Origin: Nitrosopumilus sp.
GTDB taxonomy: Archaea; Thermoproteota; Nitrososphaeria; Nitrososphaerales; Nitrosopumilaceae
Direction: 5' to 3'
DNA: 64,000 nucleotides
Assembly (NCBI GenBank): GCA_965218695.1
Contig: OZ244651.1
Span: 224,001 to 288,000 of the forward strand
Position 1 is the first letter of the stretch, and the number at the start of each line of letters is the position of its first letter. Below are positions 53,692-63,917 of the stretch, in pieces. The notes beneath the pieces were generated by a model, which was not told the origin of the DNA, made no database searches, and worked only from the letters and a program-made list of their open reading frames with translations. A program made the position numbers and the translations under genes.

Positions 53692-54390
53692 ATGACCGAA
53701 CTGAAGATTCAGCACATTCTCACCCTCTCTTATCTTCTGTCTGCAGGCGCAAGACACAACTACATCCTGATTACCACCTCGTCCCTTGGACGAAGCATCA
53801 AAAGGTCACAGCAGGCAGCCTCGCAGCATCTTGTGGATCTTGAGCAGGGCCGGTTCATTGAGAGGATAATGAGCGGGGGGAGCATATCTGTCAAGGTGAC
53901 TCCCAAGGGATTTGCAGAGGTATCCAGGCTCTCGTCCATTCTCCAAAAATGCATCGACTCCTCGCCGTCACATGTGGACCTTGAGGGGGTGCTGGTATCC
54001 GGAATGGGCGAGGGCGCATACTATATGGGGCTGGAGGGATACACCAGGCAGTTCAAGTCCAAGATAGGGTATGTTCCATTTCCCGGCACGCTCAACGTAA
54101 GGCTTGATGAGCGGGTCTACCTGGAGGCAAGAAGGCAGCTTGACGGCATGGACGGCGTAACGATAGATGGCTTTTCAGACGGACAGAGGACATACGGATG
54201 GGTCATGTGTTTTTCGGCAGTATTAAACGACACAACCAAATGCCAACTTATCGTGCTTGAAAGGACGCATCATGACGAATCCATAATGGAACTGATCTCA
54301 GAGGTGTGCATACGGGAGACTGCCGGACTTGTAGACGGATCCCGAGTATCCATTAGGATTCCAATCGGCGGCTCAGATCCCGTGGATTGA
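53692..54390 (+). CDS. ribK: CTP-dependent riboflavin kinase with N-terminal HTH
   Basis: SQQAAS HTH; SGMGEG.YY, PFPGTLN, RTHH. Confidence 0.94.
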   Translation: MTELKIQHILTLSYLLSAGARHNYILITTSSLGRSIKRSQQAASQHLVDLEQGRFIERIMSGGSISVKVTPKGFAEVSRLSSILQKCIDSSPSHVDLEGVLVSGMGEGAYYMGLEGYTRQFKSKIGYVPFPGTLNVRLDERVYLEARRQLDGMDGVTIDGFSDGQRTYGWVMCFSAVLNDTTKCQLIVLERTHHDESIMELISEVCIRETAGLVDGSRVSIRIPIGGSDPVD

Positions 54391-55002
54391 CTCGCCGTAC
54401 TCTTTTTGTATCTTTGAACTGGAGATCTCCGGAATCGGGGACTGGAGTCTTGCAACCCGCGCATTCAGGCTGATCTTCTTGCATCCCTCTGTAATGAACT
54501 TCTCCTGATGAATCTGATCGTATCCCAGGGCAATGATCTCGGGCCTGACGTTGTCTACCGTCTTGAAGATGTCATCCTCCTGTCCGATCAGACACAGATC
54601 CACCATCAAAAGCGCTCTGACCATCTCCTGCCTCTGTTCCTGCGAGTGCAGCGGCGCCTTCTTCTTCATCCTTACTGCCGTGTTGTCTGTTGCAACCACC
54701 ACCACAAGCACGTCGCCCAGCGCCTTTGCAGCATTAAGAGTATGGATGTGTCCTGGATGGATTATGTCAAAGACGCCCCCTGCCAGTACCACCTGCAGCG
54801 AGTCGCGGCCAAAGTCAGTCAGCGTCTTCCTGTCCGTCTCCACAAGCTGGTTCTTTACCAGATCATCGATACTCTCCTTAATCTTCCTTGCCGAAAGCAT
54901 GCCGCTTCTTCCTATCTCCTCCAAGGGAGAGGTTCCTGTAATCTGGGACGTATACATGATTGCAAGAATCTTCTTCTGACTCTGATCCAACAACCCTCTC
55001 AT
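54373..55002 (-). CDS. ribL: FAD synthetase (cytidylyltransferase family)
   Basis: GVFDIIHPGH, LGYDQ, SSSKI; next to ribK. Confidence 0.88.
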   Translation of the reverse strand: MRGLLDQSQKKILAIMYTSQITGTSPLEEIGRSGMLSARKIKESIDDLVKNQLVETDRKTLTDFGRDSLQVVLAGGVFDIIHPGHIHTLNAAKALGDVLVVVVATDNTAVRMKKKAPLHSQEQRQEMVRALLMVDLCLIGQEDDIFKTVDNVRPEIIALGYDQIHQEKFITEGCKKISLNARVARLQSPIPEISSSKIQKEYGESIHGI

Positions 55003-55028
55003 TTTCTCCCTATCTATAATTCATCATG

Positions 55029-56093
55029 CTACATCTTTGGTCCCAGGCCGTTTGTAATCATCAGCGCGTCTACCAGCCCGTCTGCATACCCGATACTCAG
55101 CACCGCCACCTCGTCGTGCCCGTCTGCCAGAAACTTTTCTGCATCCCTGACATACAGGTCTGCATTCTCCAAAACCTGCAGCGACTCCTGGTCCTTGCAG
55201 TATGGCCTGACCTCCTCGATGGCCTCCCTGACCATCGGCACGTACTTTTCAAGCATCTGAACCGGTATCCTCTTCAGCCTGCCGGAGTTGTCAAGCGGCT
55301 CGTCGATGCACCTGCATGATGACTTTAGGGCGTCTGATTCTGTGAAATGCATGCTTCCGGGAACGATTATTGCATGCGGCGGCATGCCAAAGTCAATCTT
55401 TTCAAGACTGGATATCATGCCTGCAACAATCGACTGGTCTGCTGAGCCTATCCTTGATGCCACTATGCAGTATGTGGACGGCGTCATGACATCCCTTGCC
55501 TGGCCCTCCTCTGTCTTGATGAGTGCGGACAGTGCGTCCCCGGGATCAAGAAAAAAATCCCCGTCCTGGCTGTACTCCAAAAGGAGTATTGTGTGATTTC
55601 CATGGATCATGTTCCTGTATGTCACATAGTATGGGGTTGTCAGGGACCTTGCCTCGTTCATTATGGTTGCCGGCCTTCCCATCTTGTAAAAATGCAGGCC
55701 GCACTCGCCAGTCATTGCAGTGACTGCAGATGATGCATGGATGCATCCTGTTCTTATGCCCTGCTCGGCTGCCCTTGTCCTCAGCTCCGTGTGCGTTGTG
55801 GCTACAAAGGGATCCCCGTACGATGCCAGAACCACCACGCCGTCTTTGGCATTCCTGAGAATCTCACCGCCGTCCTCCACCTGCCATCTCTTGACAAGTT
55901 TGAACCGTCCTCCTCCTTCTCCTCCTGAGGCATCCCTGATCCTGGAGATCTCTGATTCTGCAACGGGACTGGTAAAATGCTCCAGATACACCATGTCTGC
56001 ACTTGAGAGTATCCCCAGTGCCTCGTTTGGGATTGAGCCAAACCCGGATATCCCAAGGCCTACAAACCACAGCATGCCCTGTCCTTCCGGCAT
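55029..56093 (-). CDS. dph5: Diphthine synthase with C-terminal DUF357-like domain
   Basis: GLG, GDPFVATTH, GLHFYK.G, HT..LL, PG..HFTE; C-terminal YA.GL.DA. Confidence 0.93.
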   Translation of the reverse strand: MPEGQGMLWFVGLGISGFGSIPNEALGILSSADMVYLEHFTSPVAESEISRIRDASGGEGGGRFKLVKRWQVEDGGEILRNAKDGVVVLASYGDPFVATTHTELRTRAAEQGIRTGCIHASSAVTAMTGECGLHFYKMGRPATIMNEARSLTTPYYVTYRNMIHGNHTILLLEYSQDGDFFLDPGDALSALIKTEEGQARDVMTPSTYCIVASRIGSADQSIVAGMISSLEKIDFGMPPHAIIVPGSMHFTESDALKSSCRCIDEPLDNSGRLKRIPVQMLEKYVPMVREAIEEVRPYCKDQESLQVLENADLYVRDAEKFLADGHDEVAVLSIGYADGLVDALMITNGLGPKM

Positions 56094-56103
56094 GCGCCTG
56101 CTC

Positions 56104-57264
56104 TCATGCCTGTGATCCTTCCGTGCCGGTACCCATCGTGCCCAGCCTGCTGACCCTTTTGTCGTGAAGCCTCTTCAGGTTGTGCAGGGTGCTCTTGATG
56201 ATCTCAATTCCCTTCAGATACTCGCTGACAGAGACCTTTTCGTTGATCGTGTGGGCCTCGTGGGGGTTGCCGGGCCCGTATGTGACAACCGGGATGCCCC
56301 ACCTGCTTCCAAGTATGTTCATGTCCCCGGTCCCAGTCTTTCTGATAAGCATGGGTCTGTTATTCCCGTTTTTCATAACGCCGATGATTAGTGCCCTGAC
56401 CAGCGGCGAGTCGTGGGGCGCCTCAAACGGCTCGGTCTCGTCAAGTATGGAGTACATGGCATTGACGCCCCGCTCCACCTCTGTCGTCCTTACCGTGGTC
56501 TCTATGTCCTGCTCCACCGACTTGCAGTTCATGTCCACTGGAATCCTGATGTCGAAGGTTATCTCGCACTCCTTGGGGGTTATATTGTGACTGCTTCCGC
56601 CCCTTACCTGGGTCATGGTCGCAGTCAGAAGCATTCCGTTGGTCTTGCCTTCCTGGCCCTTCTCCAGTTTCTCCTTGAGCTTTTCTGCAAAGATCATCGA
56701 CTCTGAGATTGCATTCTTTGAAAGCCACGGCGCGCCTGCATGCGAGCTGTCCTTGACGCTTATCCTGAGGTTGATTGCAAGCCTTCCCTTGTAGGCAATG
56801 GTGATTCTGTTGATCCCGCTTGGTTCCCCAAACATGGCATAGTCTACATCCATTCTCTTCTTGACAAGGTTCTTGACCCCTGTTGCGTTTCCCTCCTCGT
56901 CTACTGCGCCGACAAAGATTATGGTCCCGCACCCGTCCTGCACTGATGCTGCTGCAAGCAGCATGGCCATAAGGGGGGCCTTTGCATCAGAGGCACCGCG
57001 CCCGTAGAGATAGTCCCCGTCCCTCCTCACCTTGATCTTTCCGGGAACGACATCCATGTGTCCGCAGAGGATGATCTTGGGGGAGCCGGAGCCCTTCTTT
57101 GCAATCACGTTGCCCACCTCGTCGATCACAGTATCCCTGAATCCAAGATTATCGCACATGTCTGCAAGAAATTCGGCCAGCGGCTTCTCGGCAAGGGACG
57201 GCGTATAGAACCTGAGCGTCCTTTCAAGCATCTTTGTTGCAAATTCCGGCGTTACTCTTTCCAA
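56104..57264 (-). CDS. lysK: [LysW]-lysine/ornithine hydrolase (M20)
   Basis: GHMD, GRGASDAK, DEEG, GEP, GTGDMN; operon context. Confidence 0.9.
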   Translation of the reverse strand: MERVTPEFATKMLERTLRFYTPSLAEKPLAEFLADMCDNLGFRDTVIDEVGNVIAKKGSGSPKIILCGHMDVVPGKIKVRRDGDYLYGRGASDAKAPLMAMLLAAASVQDGCGTIIFVGAVDEEGNATGVKNLVKKRMDVDYAMFGEPSGINRITIAYKGRLAINLRISVKDSSHAGAPWLSKNAISESMIFAEKLKEKLEKGQEGKTNGMLLTATMTQVRGGSSHNITPKECEITFDIRIPVDMNCKSVEQDIETTVRTTEVERGVNAMYSILDETEPFEAPHDSPLVRALIIGVMKNGNNRPMLIRKTGTGDMNILGSRWGIPVVTYGPGNPHEAHTINEKVSVSEYLKGIEIIKSTLHNLKRLHDKRVSRLGTMGTGTEGSQA

Positions 57265-57270
57265 TCTGCC

Positions 57271-58113
57271 CTAACCCTGTCTTGCATACTCTAGCATGAT
57301 GGATGGAATGTCCACTCCGCACACCCTTACCGTATTTTTGTACTCTGTCGTATTGTTTACCTCGTGCACTACGAGCCCGTGCTCCTCGCTCTCCATCAAA
57401 TCCACACCGACAATCTCCCCCTGCACTGCATCCTTTGCCTTGATGCACATCTCCTCAAGCTCCTGAGTGACCGGGCACGGCTCTGCAATTCCGCCAAGCG
57501 CCATGTTGGTCTTCCAGTTTCCGTCGCCGGAGGTCCTGTATATTGCAGCAACCACCCTGTCCCCGACTGTGATCGCCCTGATGTCCCTTGGGGGCCTCTT
57601 GACAAACTCTTCAATATAGTGAATCTGGTATATCGGATACATGCCCTCCCTGCCCTCGATGATCCCCTCTGCCGAGTCCCTGTCGTTGAGCTTTGAGATG
57701 AGCCTCCCCCAGCTGCCCACTGTGGGCTTGATGATCCGGGGAAAACCTTCCGTCTCCAGTGCCTGCAGGGCCGCATCCTTGGAGAATGCGACTGTCGCAT
57801 CCGGGGTCGGAACGCCCTTCTTCTTTAGCAGCATGTGGGTGAACAGCTTGTTCCCAGCCAGAATCCCCGTGTTGAGGCAGTTGACCACCCTGACTCCGAG
57901 GCCCTCGAGGGCTGCAGTCGAGTGCAGATTCCTGTAGTAGCTCACGCACCTCTGAATAACGGTGCCGTACTCCTCAGGCTCGCTTTCCAGATTCAGTGCA
58001 AGCTTTTTGCAGTCTACCATCTCTATGTTGGCATCGTTTCTCCTGCCGGCCTCCAGCAGAGCCTTCTCCTCCCAACGAATGGTGTCATAAAGAATGGTTA
58101 CCTTTGGACTCAC
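57271..58113 (-). CDS. lysX: LysX/ArgX ATP-grasp ligase
   Basis: R.EEK.L, KP.VGSWGRL, WKTN.ALGG, HEVN.T.E. Confidence 0.92.
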   Translation of the reverse strand: MSPKVTILYDTIRWEEKALLEAGRRNDANIEMVDCKKLALNLESEPEEYGTVIQRCVSYYRNLHSTAALEGLGVRVVNCLNTGILAGNKLFTHMLLKKKGVPTPDATVAFSKDAALQALETEGFPRIIKPTVGSWGRLISKLNDRDSAEGIIEGREGMYPIYQIHYIEEFVKRPPRDIRAITVGDRVVAAIYRTSGDGNWKTNMALGGIAEPCPVTQELEEMCIKAKDAVQGEIVGVDLMESEEHGLVVHEVNNTTEYKNTVRVCGVDIPSIMLEYARQG

Positions 58114-58277
58114 TGCCCCCAATCCTCGCCAACCGTCTGGGCAGGCTTGAAATCAAAGCTGTCTGAACCTTTCACCAGTTCGAAACTTGCGCCACATTCC
58201 GGACATGCTACAATCTCCCCCTCCATTGCGTCATCTGGAATCGGAATATTTGCATCACATTCTTCGCATTTTGACAT
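58110..58277 (-). CDS. lysW: Amino-group carrier protein LysW (55 aa, ends EDWGQ)
   Basis: Manually translated MSKCEECD...CPECG...VGEDWGQ; between homocitrate synthase and lysX. Confidence 0.93.
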   Translation of the reverse strand: MSKCEECDANIPIPDDAMEGEIVACPECGASFELVKGSDSFDFKPAQTVGEDWGQ

Positions 58278-58298
58278 GTCTCTTCCTTGATATTCTCT

Positions 58299-59462
58299 CT
58301 ATTTATCGTTAATCATCTTCTCGATTCTGTCCTCGAGCGGAATCTCGATGAGATCGCCCATTCTGAGCCTCTTGAGTCCGGCTGCAACCGCCTTTGCATC
58401 CTCCTCATTCTCCACAAGTCCGAGCAGGGACATCAGGTATGCGGCCCCCGTCTTTCCTGCCAGTTCCCCGAACACTATCCTGCGCCTGTTTCCAACGGCC
58501 CTTGGAGGTATGGGCTCGTAGGCTGCCGGGTTTCTGAGAATTGCTGCAAGGTGCGTCCCGGCCTTGTGCTTGTATGCAGATGAGCCGACTATCGGCTTTG
58601 AGTCATATGGGGTTATGGACGCGTACTCCTCTATCAGTCTGGACAGGTCAAGCAGCATGTCGAGTCGGAAATCGTTTGGGGACTTGTACAGGTACGTCAG
58701 CGCCACTGCCACCTCTGCGAGGGGCGGAATTCCGGTCCTCTCGCCTATGCCATCTATGGTTGTATGAATCTGATCCACCCCTGCATCGCATGCGGCAAAT
58801 GCGTTTGCAACCGCAAGCCCTATGTCATTATGAACATGCGCGTCAAGAGGAACGCTGACTGTCTCCCTTACGCCCTTGACAAAGTTGTACATGCCTATGG
58901 GACGAAGAATTCCGACCGTGTCCGGAAGGCTGATCCTGTCAACCCCTGCATCCTCTATCCCCCTGCACACCTCCATGAGAAACTCGGGGTCCGCCCTGCT
59001 TCCGTCCTCCACGGTAAACCTGATCTTCAATCCGTGCGACTTTGCATACTCTACCGTATCCACTGCCCTCTCCAGGGCATCCTCCCTTGATATGCGAAGC
59101 TTGTCCTTGAGATGGACGTCCGAGATTCCCAGATACGCAGCGCACCACTCTGCATCGCATCCCAGCGAGGTGTCGATATCGCCCCTCAGCGCCCTTCCGT
59201 GAGACACGATGTCTGCCTTGAGTCCCTGTTTTATGATGGTCCTTGTAGCCTCCCTGTGATCCTCTGAGACGACAGGCGATATCTCAATCTGGTCAACCCC
59301 GAAATAATCCAGCATCCAGGCAATCTGGATCCTGTGCTTGTTTGTAAAGGATACCCCCGGATGCTGCTCTCCCTCCCTGAGGGTGCTGTCAAGTATCCTG
59401 ATCTTCTTCTGGTTTCTGTCGTATGCGTTGTAGATGTCTGCATAGTGATTCGGTTCCATCAT
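58299..59462 (-). CDS. Homocitrate synthase / LeuA-family
   Basis: DSTLREGEQ, HVHND.GLA.AN, GIGERTG, HKAG.H; lys operon context. Confidence 0.88.
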   Translation of the reverse strand: MMEPNHYADIYNAYDRNQKKIRILDSTLREGEQHPGVSFTNKHRIQIAWMLDYFGVDQIEISPVVSEDHREATRTIIKQGLKADIVSHGRALRGDIDTSLGCDAEWCAAYLGISDVHLKDKLRISREDALERAVDTVEYAKSHGLKIRFTVEDGSRADPEFLMEVCRGIEDAGVDRISLPDTVGILRPIGMYNFVKGVRETVSVPLDAHVHNDIGLAVANAFAACDAGVDQIHTTIDGIGERTGIPPLAEVAVALTYLYKSPNDFRLDMLLDLSRLIEEYASITPYDSKPIVGSSAYKHKAGTHLAAILRNPAAYEPIPPRAVGNRRRIVFGELAGKTGAAYLMSLLGLVENEEDAKAVAAGLKRLRMGDLIEIPLEDRIEKMINDK

Positions 59463-59579
59463 TACCGAAATCGTTGGAGTTTACTGTCGATATAAACATA
59501 TTCGTACCAAAATCGTTGGAAACAGTCTGAATTGATCCTGAATCCGTCTTGAACCGTTGTCATGTTGCGAAAATCGTCT

Positions 59580-59999
59580 TCATGCAATCTTCCGCAGGAT
59601 GATCACCGTGTTTGTATCCATGACGCCGTTTATCTTTCGCAACGCGTCAATGGTGGCATTTATTCCTGCAATGCTTGAGGAGCTGATTATTGTGGCAATG
59701 TCGTACTGCCCGGTAATCTCGTAGACTGTTCTGACCCCCTCTAGGCCTGCAAGGTTCATGGAGACCTTGGACGTGTCTGTTGCAGATTCCACTGAGACCA
59801 GAACTATCGCGCTTGTGGTCTCCTCGTGGCCCATCTCCAGCGTGAACCTCTTGATGATCCCGCCGTCGACCATCCTCTTTACGCGTCTTCTGACTGCAGA
59901 CTCGGAAAGCCCTATGCTTCTGCCGATCTCCCCCAATGACGTTCTGGAATCGACTTTGAGGTGCTCTATGATCTTGTCGTCTGTGCTATCCCTGTACAC
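59580..59999 (-). CDS. lysM: Lrp/AsnC regulator LysM
   Basis: D.R....IG...GLSESAVRRRV, YEITGQYD; GTG start. Confidence 0.88.
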   Translation of the reverse strand: MYRDSTDDKIIEHLKVDSRTSLGEIGRSIGLSESAVRRRVKRMVDGGIIKRFTLEMGHEETTSAIVLVSVESATDTSKVSMNLAGLEGVRTVYEITGQYDIATIISSSSIAGINATIDALRKINGVMDTNTVIILRKIA

Positions 60000-61170
60000 T
60001 GCGCCTCTTCTCCTCCTCCTGGCCAAGTACGACATCAAGTGCGTTTAGGGTCTGCGCCACGTCCTGTTCTGATATTACCAACGGGGGAAGCATCCTCAGC
60101 ACGTTTCTTCCTGAGTACAGCATCAGTACGCCCTCTCTTATCAGACCCGTCAGAACCTCCCTGACATCAAACCTCAACTCGACTCCTATCATGAGACCCT
60201 TTCCGCGAATCTCCCTAATAATGGGATGCTTCCTTTTGAGTTCCTCCAGTCCGTGCCTGAACATAGCGCCCATTCTCTCGGAGTTTTTTACAAGTCCGTC
60301 CTGTGTTATTGCCTCAAGGGCGGCAGTTCCTGCCGCACACGACAGGGGGTTACCGCCAAATGTGGAAGAGTGCTCGCCTTTGCTCATGGATGCAAGAATG
60401 TCCGGCCTTGTCAGGGTCGCCCCCATGGGAACCCCCCCCGCAATACCCTTTGCCAGGCACAGTATGTCCGGGGCAGTGTCCCAGTGCTGGCATGCCCACA
60501 GCCGTCCGGTCCTTCCAAGGCCGGCCTGTATCTCGTCAAATATGAGCAGGATTCCCTTCTCGTCACAGAGCCTCCTTGCATCCTGCAGGAATCCGTCCGG
60601 AGCCACATTGATTCCGCTCTCGCCCTGAATCGGCTCCATGATGATGCATGCCGTGTCCTCGTCAACCACTGAGCGCAGGGACTCGGCATCGCCAAACGGC
60701 GCAAACGAGACCTTTTCGACGAGCGGCGCAAACGCCTTTCTGTACTTTGGATGGAATGTAAGCGAGAGGGCGCCAAACGACTTGCCATGGTATGATCCCT
60801 TCATTGCAACCATTCCCTTCTTTTTGGTAAACTTTCTTGCAAACTTCATGGCCGCCTCGACTGATTCGGCCCCACTGTTGTTCAGGTGCACCTGCGTCAG
60901 GCCGTCGGGGGCAAGACCCGTAAGTGTTTCCAGAAATTTTTCCCTCGTCTTATTGTACAGGGAGCTGTGCACCGTGATTATCCTGCCCAGCTGCTCCCTT
61001 ATTGCGCCGTTGACCCTTGGATTCTGGTGTCCGACCAGCGCCACTCCGTACCCGCCCATGCAGTCGACGTACTCCTTTCCGTCAGTATCCCACACCCGGG
61101 CTCCGATCCCCCTCTCTATTGTTACTGGAAACCTCTGGTACAGGTTTCCCATGAATGTGTCTTCACTCAC
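59986..61170 (-). CDS. lysJ: [LysW]-aminoadipate semialdehyde/glutamate semialdehyde aminotransferase
   Basis: SGAESVEAA, EPIQGE.G, DEIQAG.GRTG, AKG, TFGGNP. Confidence 0.92.
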   Translation of the reverse strand: MSEDTFMGNLYQRFPVTIERGIGARVWDTDGKEYVDCMGGYGVALVGHQNPRVNGAIREQLGRIITVHSSLYNKTREKFLETLTGLAPDGLTQVHLNNSGAESVEAAMKFARKFTKKKGMVAMKGSYHGKSFGALSLTFHPKYRKAFAPLVEKVSFAPFGDAESLRSVVDEDTACIIMEPIQGESGINVAPDGFLQDARRLCDEKGILLIFDEIQAGLGRTGRLWACQHWDTAPDILCLAKGIAGGVPMGATLTRPDILASMSKGEHSSTFGGNPLSCAAGTAALEAITQDGLVKNSERMGAMFRHGLEELKRKHPIIREIRGKGLMIGVELRFDVREVLTGLIREGVLMLYSGRNVLRMLPPLVISEQDVAQTLNALDVVLGQEEEKRRSVQG

Positions 61171-61966
61171 GCTCGATCACCGTACAGTTGTCACGTAAAA
61201 TGGCAGATGATATGGGATTCTCCTTCTGGCCGTTTGCAATCAGTGCAGTACCAACTCCCATGTCTAGTGCCTCAGTCGATGCCAAAATCTTCTTCTCCAT
61301 GCCCGGTCCTACCTTGGGTCTTATCTTTTTTGCCTCTTCCAGCGTCAGCTTTGGCACCAACGTGCCATCCATTAGCAGTCCGTCCACGTTTGTAATGAAC
61401 AGTACCATCCTGCTGCCTACACTGCCTGCAACAAATGCTGCAGCCCTGTCCCCGTCGACGTTGAGAAACTCCGACTCCTCGCTGATTGCAATGGGTGATA
61501 TGACCGGCGTCATGCCCATGTCCAAAAGGCTTCTGATGAATTTGGAGTTTACCTTGCTTATCTTCCCCGTGTACCCGCCGTCGATTGCCTGCTTTCTGCC
61601 CTTCTCGTTGACTATTATCAGCCTCTTCTTTCTGTCTGCCTGTATGACCCTGGCATCGACACCTGACATGCCTACTGCATTGATGCCGTTCTCTTGAAGC
61701 ATTCTGACTATGGCCTTGTTTATCCTGCCTGACATTACCATGGTAAATATCTCTGCAGTCTGGGCATCCGTATACCTGCTCCTGCTTCCGCCTGGCGATG
61801 TAACGAATCTTGGCTCCACTCCAAGCTGGCTGCATACCTTTGTTACCTCCTTTCCGCCTCCGTGAACCAGAATCACGCCCTCTGACTCTGCAACCCTCTT
61901 TATGTCCGAGATTGCCGACGGATGCAGATCGTCTACGACGCTTCCGCCGATCTTGATTGTAATCAT
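61163..61966 (-). CDS. lysZ: [LysW]-aminoadipate/glutamate kinase
   Basis: KIGG, VHGGG, SRYTD, NVDGDRAA, GM..K. Confidence 0.93.
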   Translation of the reverse strand: MITIKIGGSVVDDLHPSAISDIKRVAESEGVILVHGGGKEVTKVCSQLGVEPRFVTSPGGSRSRYTDAQTAEIFTMVMSGRINKAIVRMLQENGINAVGMSGVDARVIQADRKKRLIIVNEKGRKQAIDGGYTGKISKVNSKFIRSLLDMGMTPVISPIAISEESEFLNVDGDRAAAFVAGSVGSRMVLFITNVDGLLMDGTLVPKLTLEEAKKIRPKVGPGMEKKILASTEALDMGVGTALIANGQKENPISSAILRDNCTVIERE

Positions 61967-61976
61967 GCCGCCGTCC

Positions 61977-63023
61977 CTAAACCGGGGTCAGCGGGGTGTA
62001 CCTGAGCCCATCCATCTCGTCAAAGCCGCACATTACGTTCATGTTCTGGATGGCCGAGCCTGCAGCCCCTTTCATCAGATTGTCTGATGCAGAGAGTGCT
62101 ATCAGCCTGTTGTTGTCCTCGTCTATGTCAAACCCAACATCGCAAAAGTTCGAACCCACCACAAACTTGGGATCCGGAAACTTGTACGTCCCCTTCTTGT
62201 CCCGTATCAGTCTGACAAACCTTTCCTCGCCATAGGCCTTGCGGTATATCTTCCACACCTCCTTTTCGCTTATGTCCTTGTTCAGGAATGTGTGGTTTGT
62301 ACACAGGATTCCGCGTACCACGTCGACTGCGTGCGGACTCATCGATATGCTGATCTTTCTTCCTGCAATCTCGCCTAGTTCCTGTTCAATCTCGCCTGTA
62401 TGCCTGTGCCTTGCCGGTTTGTACGGTCTGATTACGCCTGCCCTCATTGCGTGATCCGTTCCCGTGCCGGAGCCGGCACCTGACGATCCGATTTTAGAGT
62501 CCACGATGATGTGATCCGTATTTATTACATTTTCCCTGATCAGTGGGGCTAGCGCGAGTATGGACGTGACTGCCATGCATCCCGGACATGAGACCAGCTG
62601 TGCGTTTCGAATCTCCTCCCTGTGAAGCTCGGGCACGCCAAAGACTGACTTGGGGAGGTAGTCCGGATGCGGATGGGTCCAACCATACCATTTGTCATAA
62701 CCGTCCTTGTCATGCAGCCTGTAGTCTGCGCTCAAATCAATTATCTTCAGCCCCCTGTCGTACAGGGCCGATACTATCTCACTTGCCGTTCCGTGGGGGA
62801 CTGCAGTGAAGATGAGATCACACTTGTCGGCAAGCCTGTCGTAGTTTTGCTCTGAAAATACGAGATCCGTGAATCCCTTCAGGCTTGGCTGAACCCTGTG
62901 GAGGTACTCTCCCACGTACTTTCTTGATGTAATCTGGGTAACCTCTATCCTTGGATGGTTTATGAGAAGACGGATCGTCTCGCCCCCGACATAGCCTGAC
63001 GCGCCTACGATCCCCACCCTCAT
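61977..63023 (-). CDS. lysY: [LysW]-aminoadipyl/glutamyl-phosphate reductase (ArgC)
   Basis: GASGY.G, DLSADYR, PGC, HRH..EI, DNL.KGAAG.AIQ. Confidence 0.94.
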   Translation of the reverse strand: MRVGIVGASGYVGGETIRLLINHPRIEVTQITSRKYVGEYLHRVQPSLKGFTDLVFSEQNYDRLADKCDLIFTAVPHGTASEIVSALYDRGLKIIDLSADYRLHDKDGYDKWYGWTHPHPDYLPKSVFGVPELHREEIRNAQLVSCPGCMAVTSILALAPLIRENVINTDHIIVDSKIGSSGAGSGTGTDHAMRAGVIRPYKPARHRHTGEIEQELGEIAGRKISISMSPHAVDVVRGILCTNHTFLNKDISEKEVWKIYRKAYGEERFVRLIRDKKGTYKFPDPKFVVGSNFCDVGFDIDEDNNRLIALSASDNLMKGAAGSAIQNMNVMCGFDEMDGLRYTPLTPV

Positions 63024-63541
63024 GATTATCTAACAGATTATGGAGCATATTTAGAGTTTGTCAAAACCGACCCGTCATATGTCGTGATGGTGATTGTACA
63101 TGCTTGTGGGTATCTGCTGTAAGCCTTCGGTTCCTCAAGTCTCAAAGCCCCGGCCGGTTCTGGCAGTTTGAGGCCCCGGTTGCTGCCCGAACCCATGGTA
63201 GAAACGGCCTGCAGTCCCCTCCTCTTATTTAAAATCAAAGTGTATTTTTGGACGCATCGCACATTTGCACTCCTGGGCAGGATGGACGGGGACGCGCATT
63301 TTATGTGGCATGTGATGCTGCCTGTGTCCGTCCCGGTTAATCATCGGCTGCCGGCATCGGTCTGCAAATTGATGAAGACATGACGTCAATATTGGCGCCT
63401 TTTATTGCAGTTCCGGGAGAACCTGGAGGCATCCAATAATTAACGGTGCCCCAGTTTTCTCTCGAATACTACGGTTCTTTCCAAAAATATTATGGATAAA
63501 ACGACAGTAAATCCTGACGTGGTCGACGGCGGGAATAATCA

Positions 63542-63775
63542 CTACAAATGTCTCTTGGAACGTATTTTGGAATATATTTTGAAACCTATGAACAGTAATA
63601 TTGCAATACTCGTTGCAAATAAAATCAACGTAATTGGATTTTCCATGACATAAGAGGGCCCAAACGACGTTAAATCCAGACGGATCTGCTGTGCCAGCAG
63701 CATCGAGCCGGCTCCAAGTATTGCCAGCCCGCAAAAACCGAACAATAACCTGGGATAAACCAGCCTAGATGACAT
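63542..63775 (-). CDS. Possible small two-TM membrane protein
   Basis: Hydrophobic segments in an AT-rich ORF; start uncertain. Confidence 0.4.
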   Translation of the reverse strand: MSSRLVYPRLLFGFCGLAILGAGSMLLAQQIRLDLTSFGPSYVMENPITLILFATSIAILLFIGFKIYSKIRSKRHL

Positions 63776-63917
63776 GGATTGTAATGTCAGACATATCCAA
63801 TAAACATTTTCCTGTACGCCGTGTATGAATTCACCTGTCCTTCCTGTCACAAAAAAATGATCATACTGATCCATATGCTGGCAATACACATCACTTTACA
63901 TGGTAAATTCACGGCAC

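Noticed and set aside
403-62855. Numerous long antisense/overlapping ORFs in the six-frame track
   Set aside because: They are shadows of GC-rich real genes and transposases, with no motifs or independent signals.
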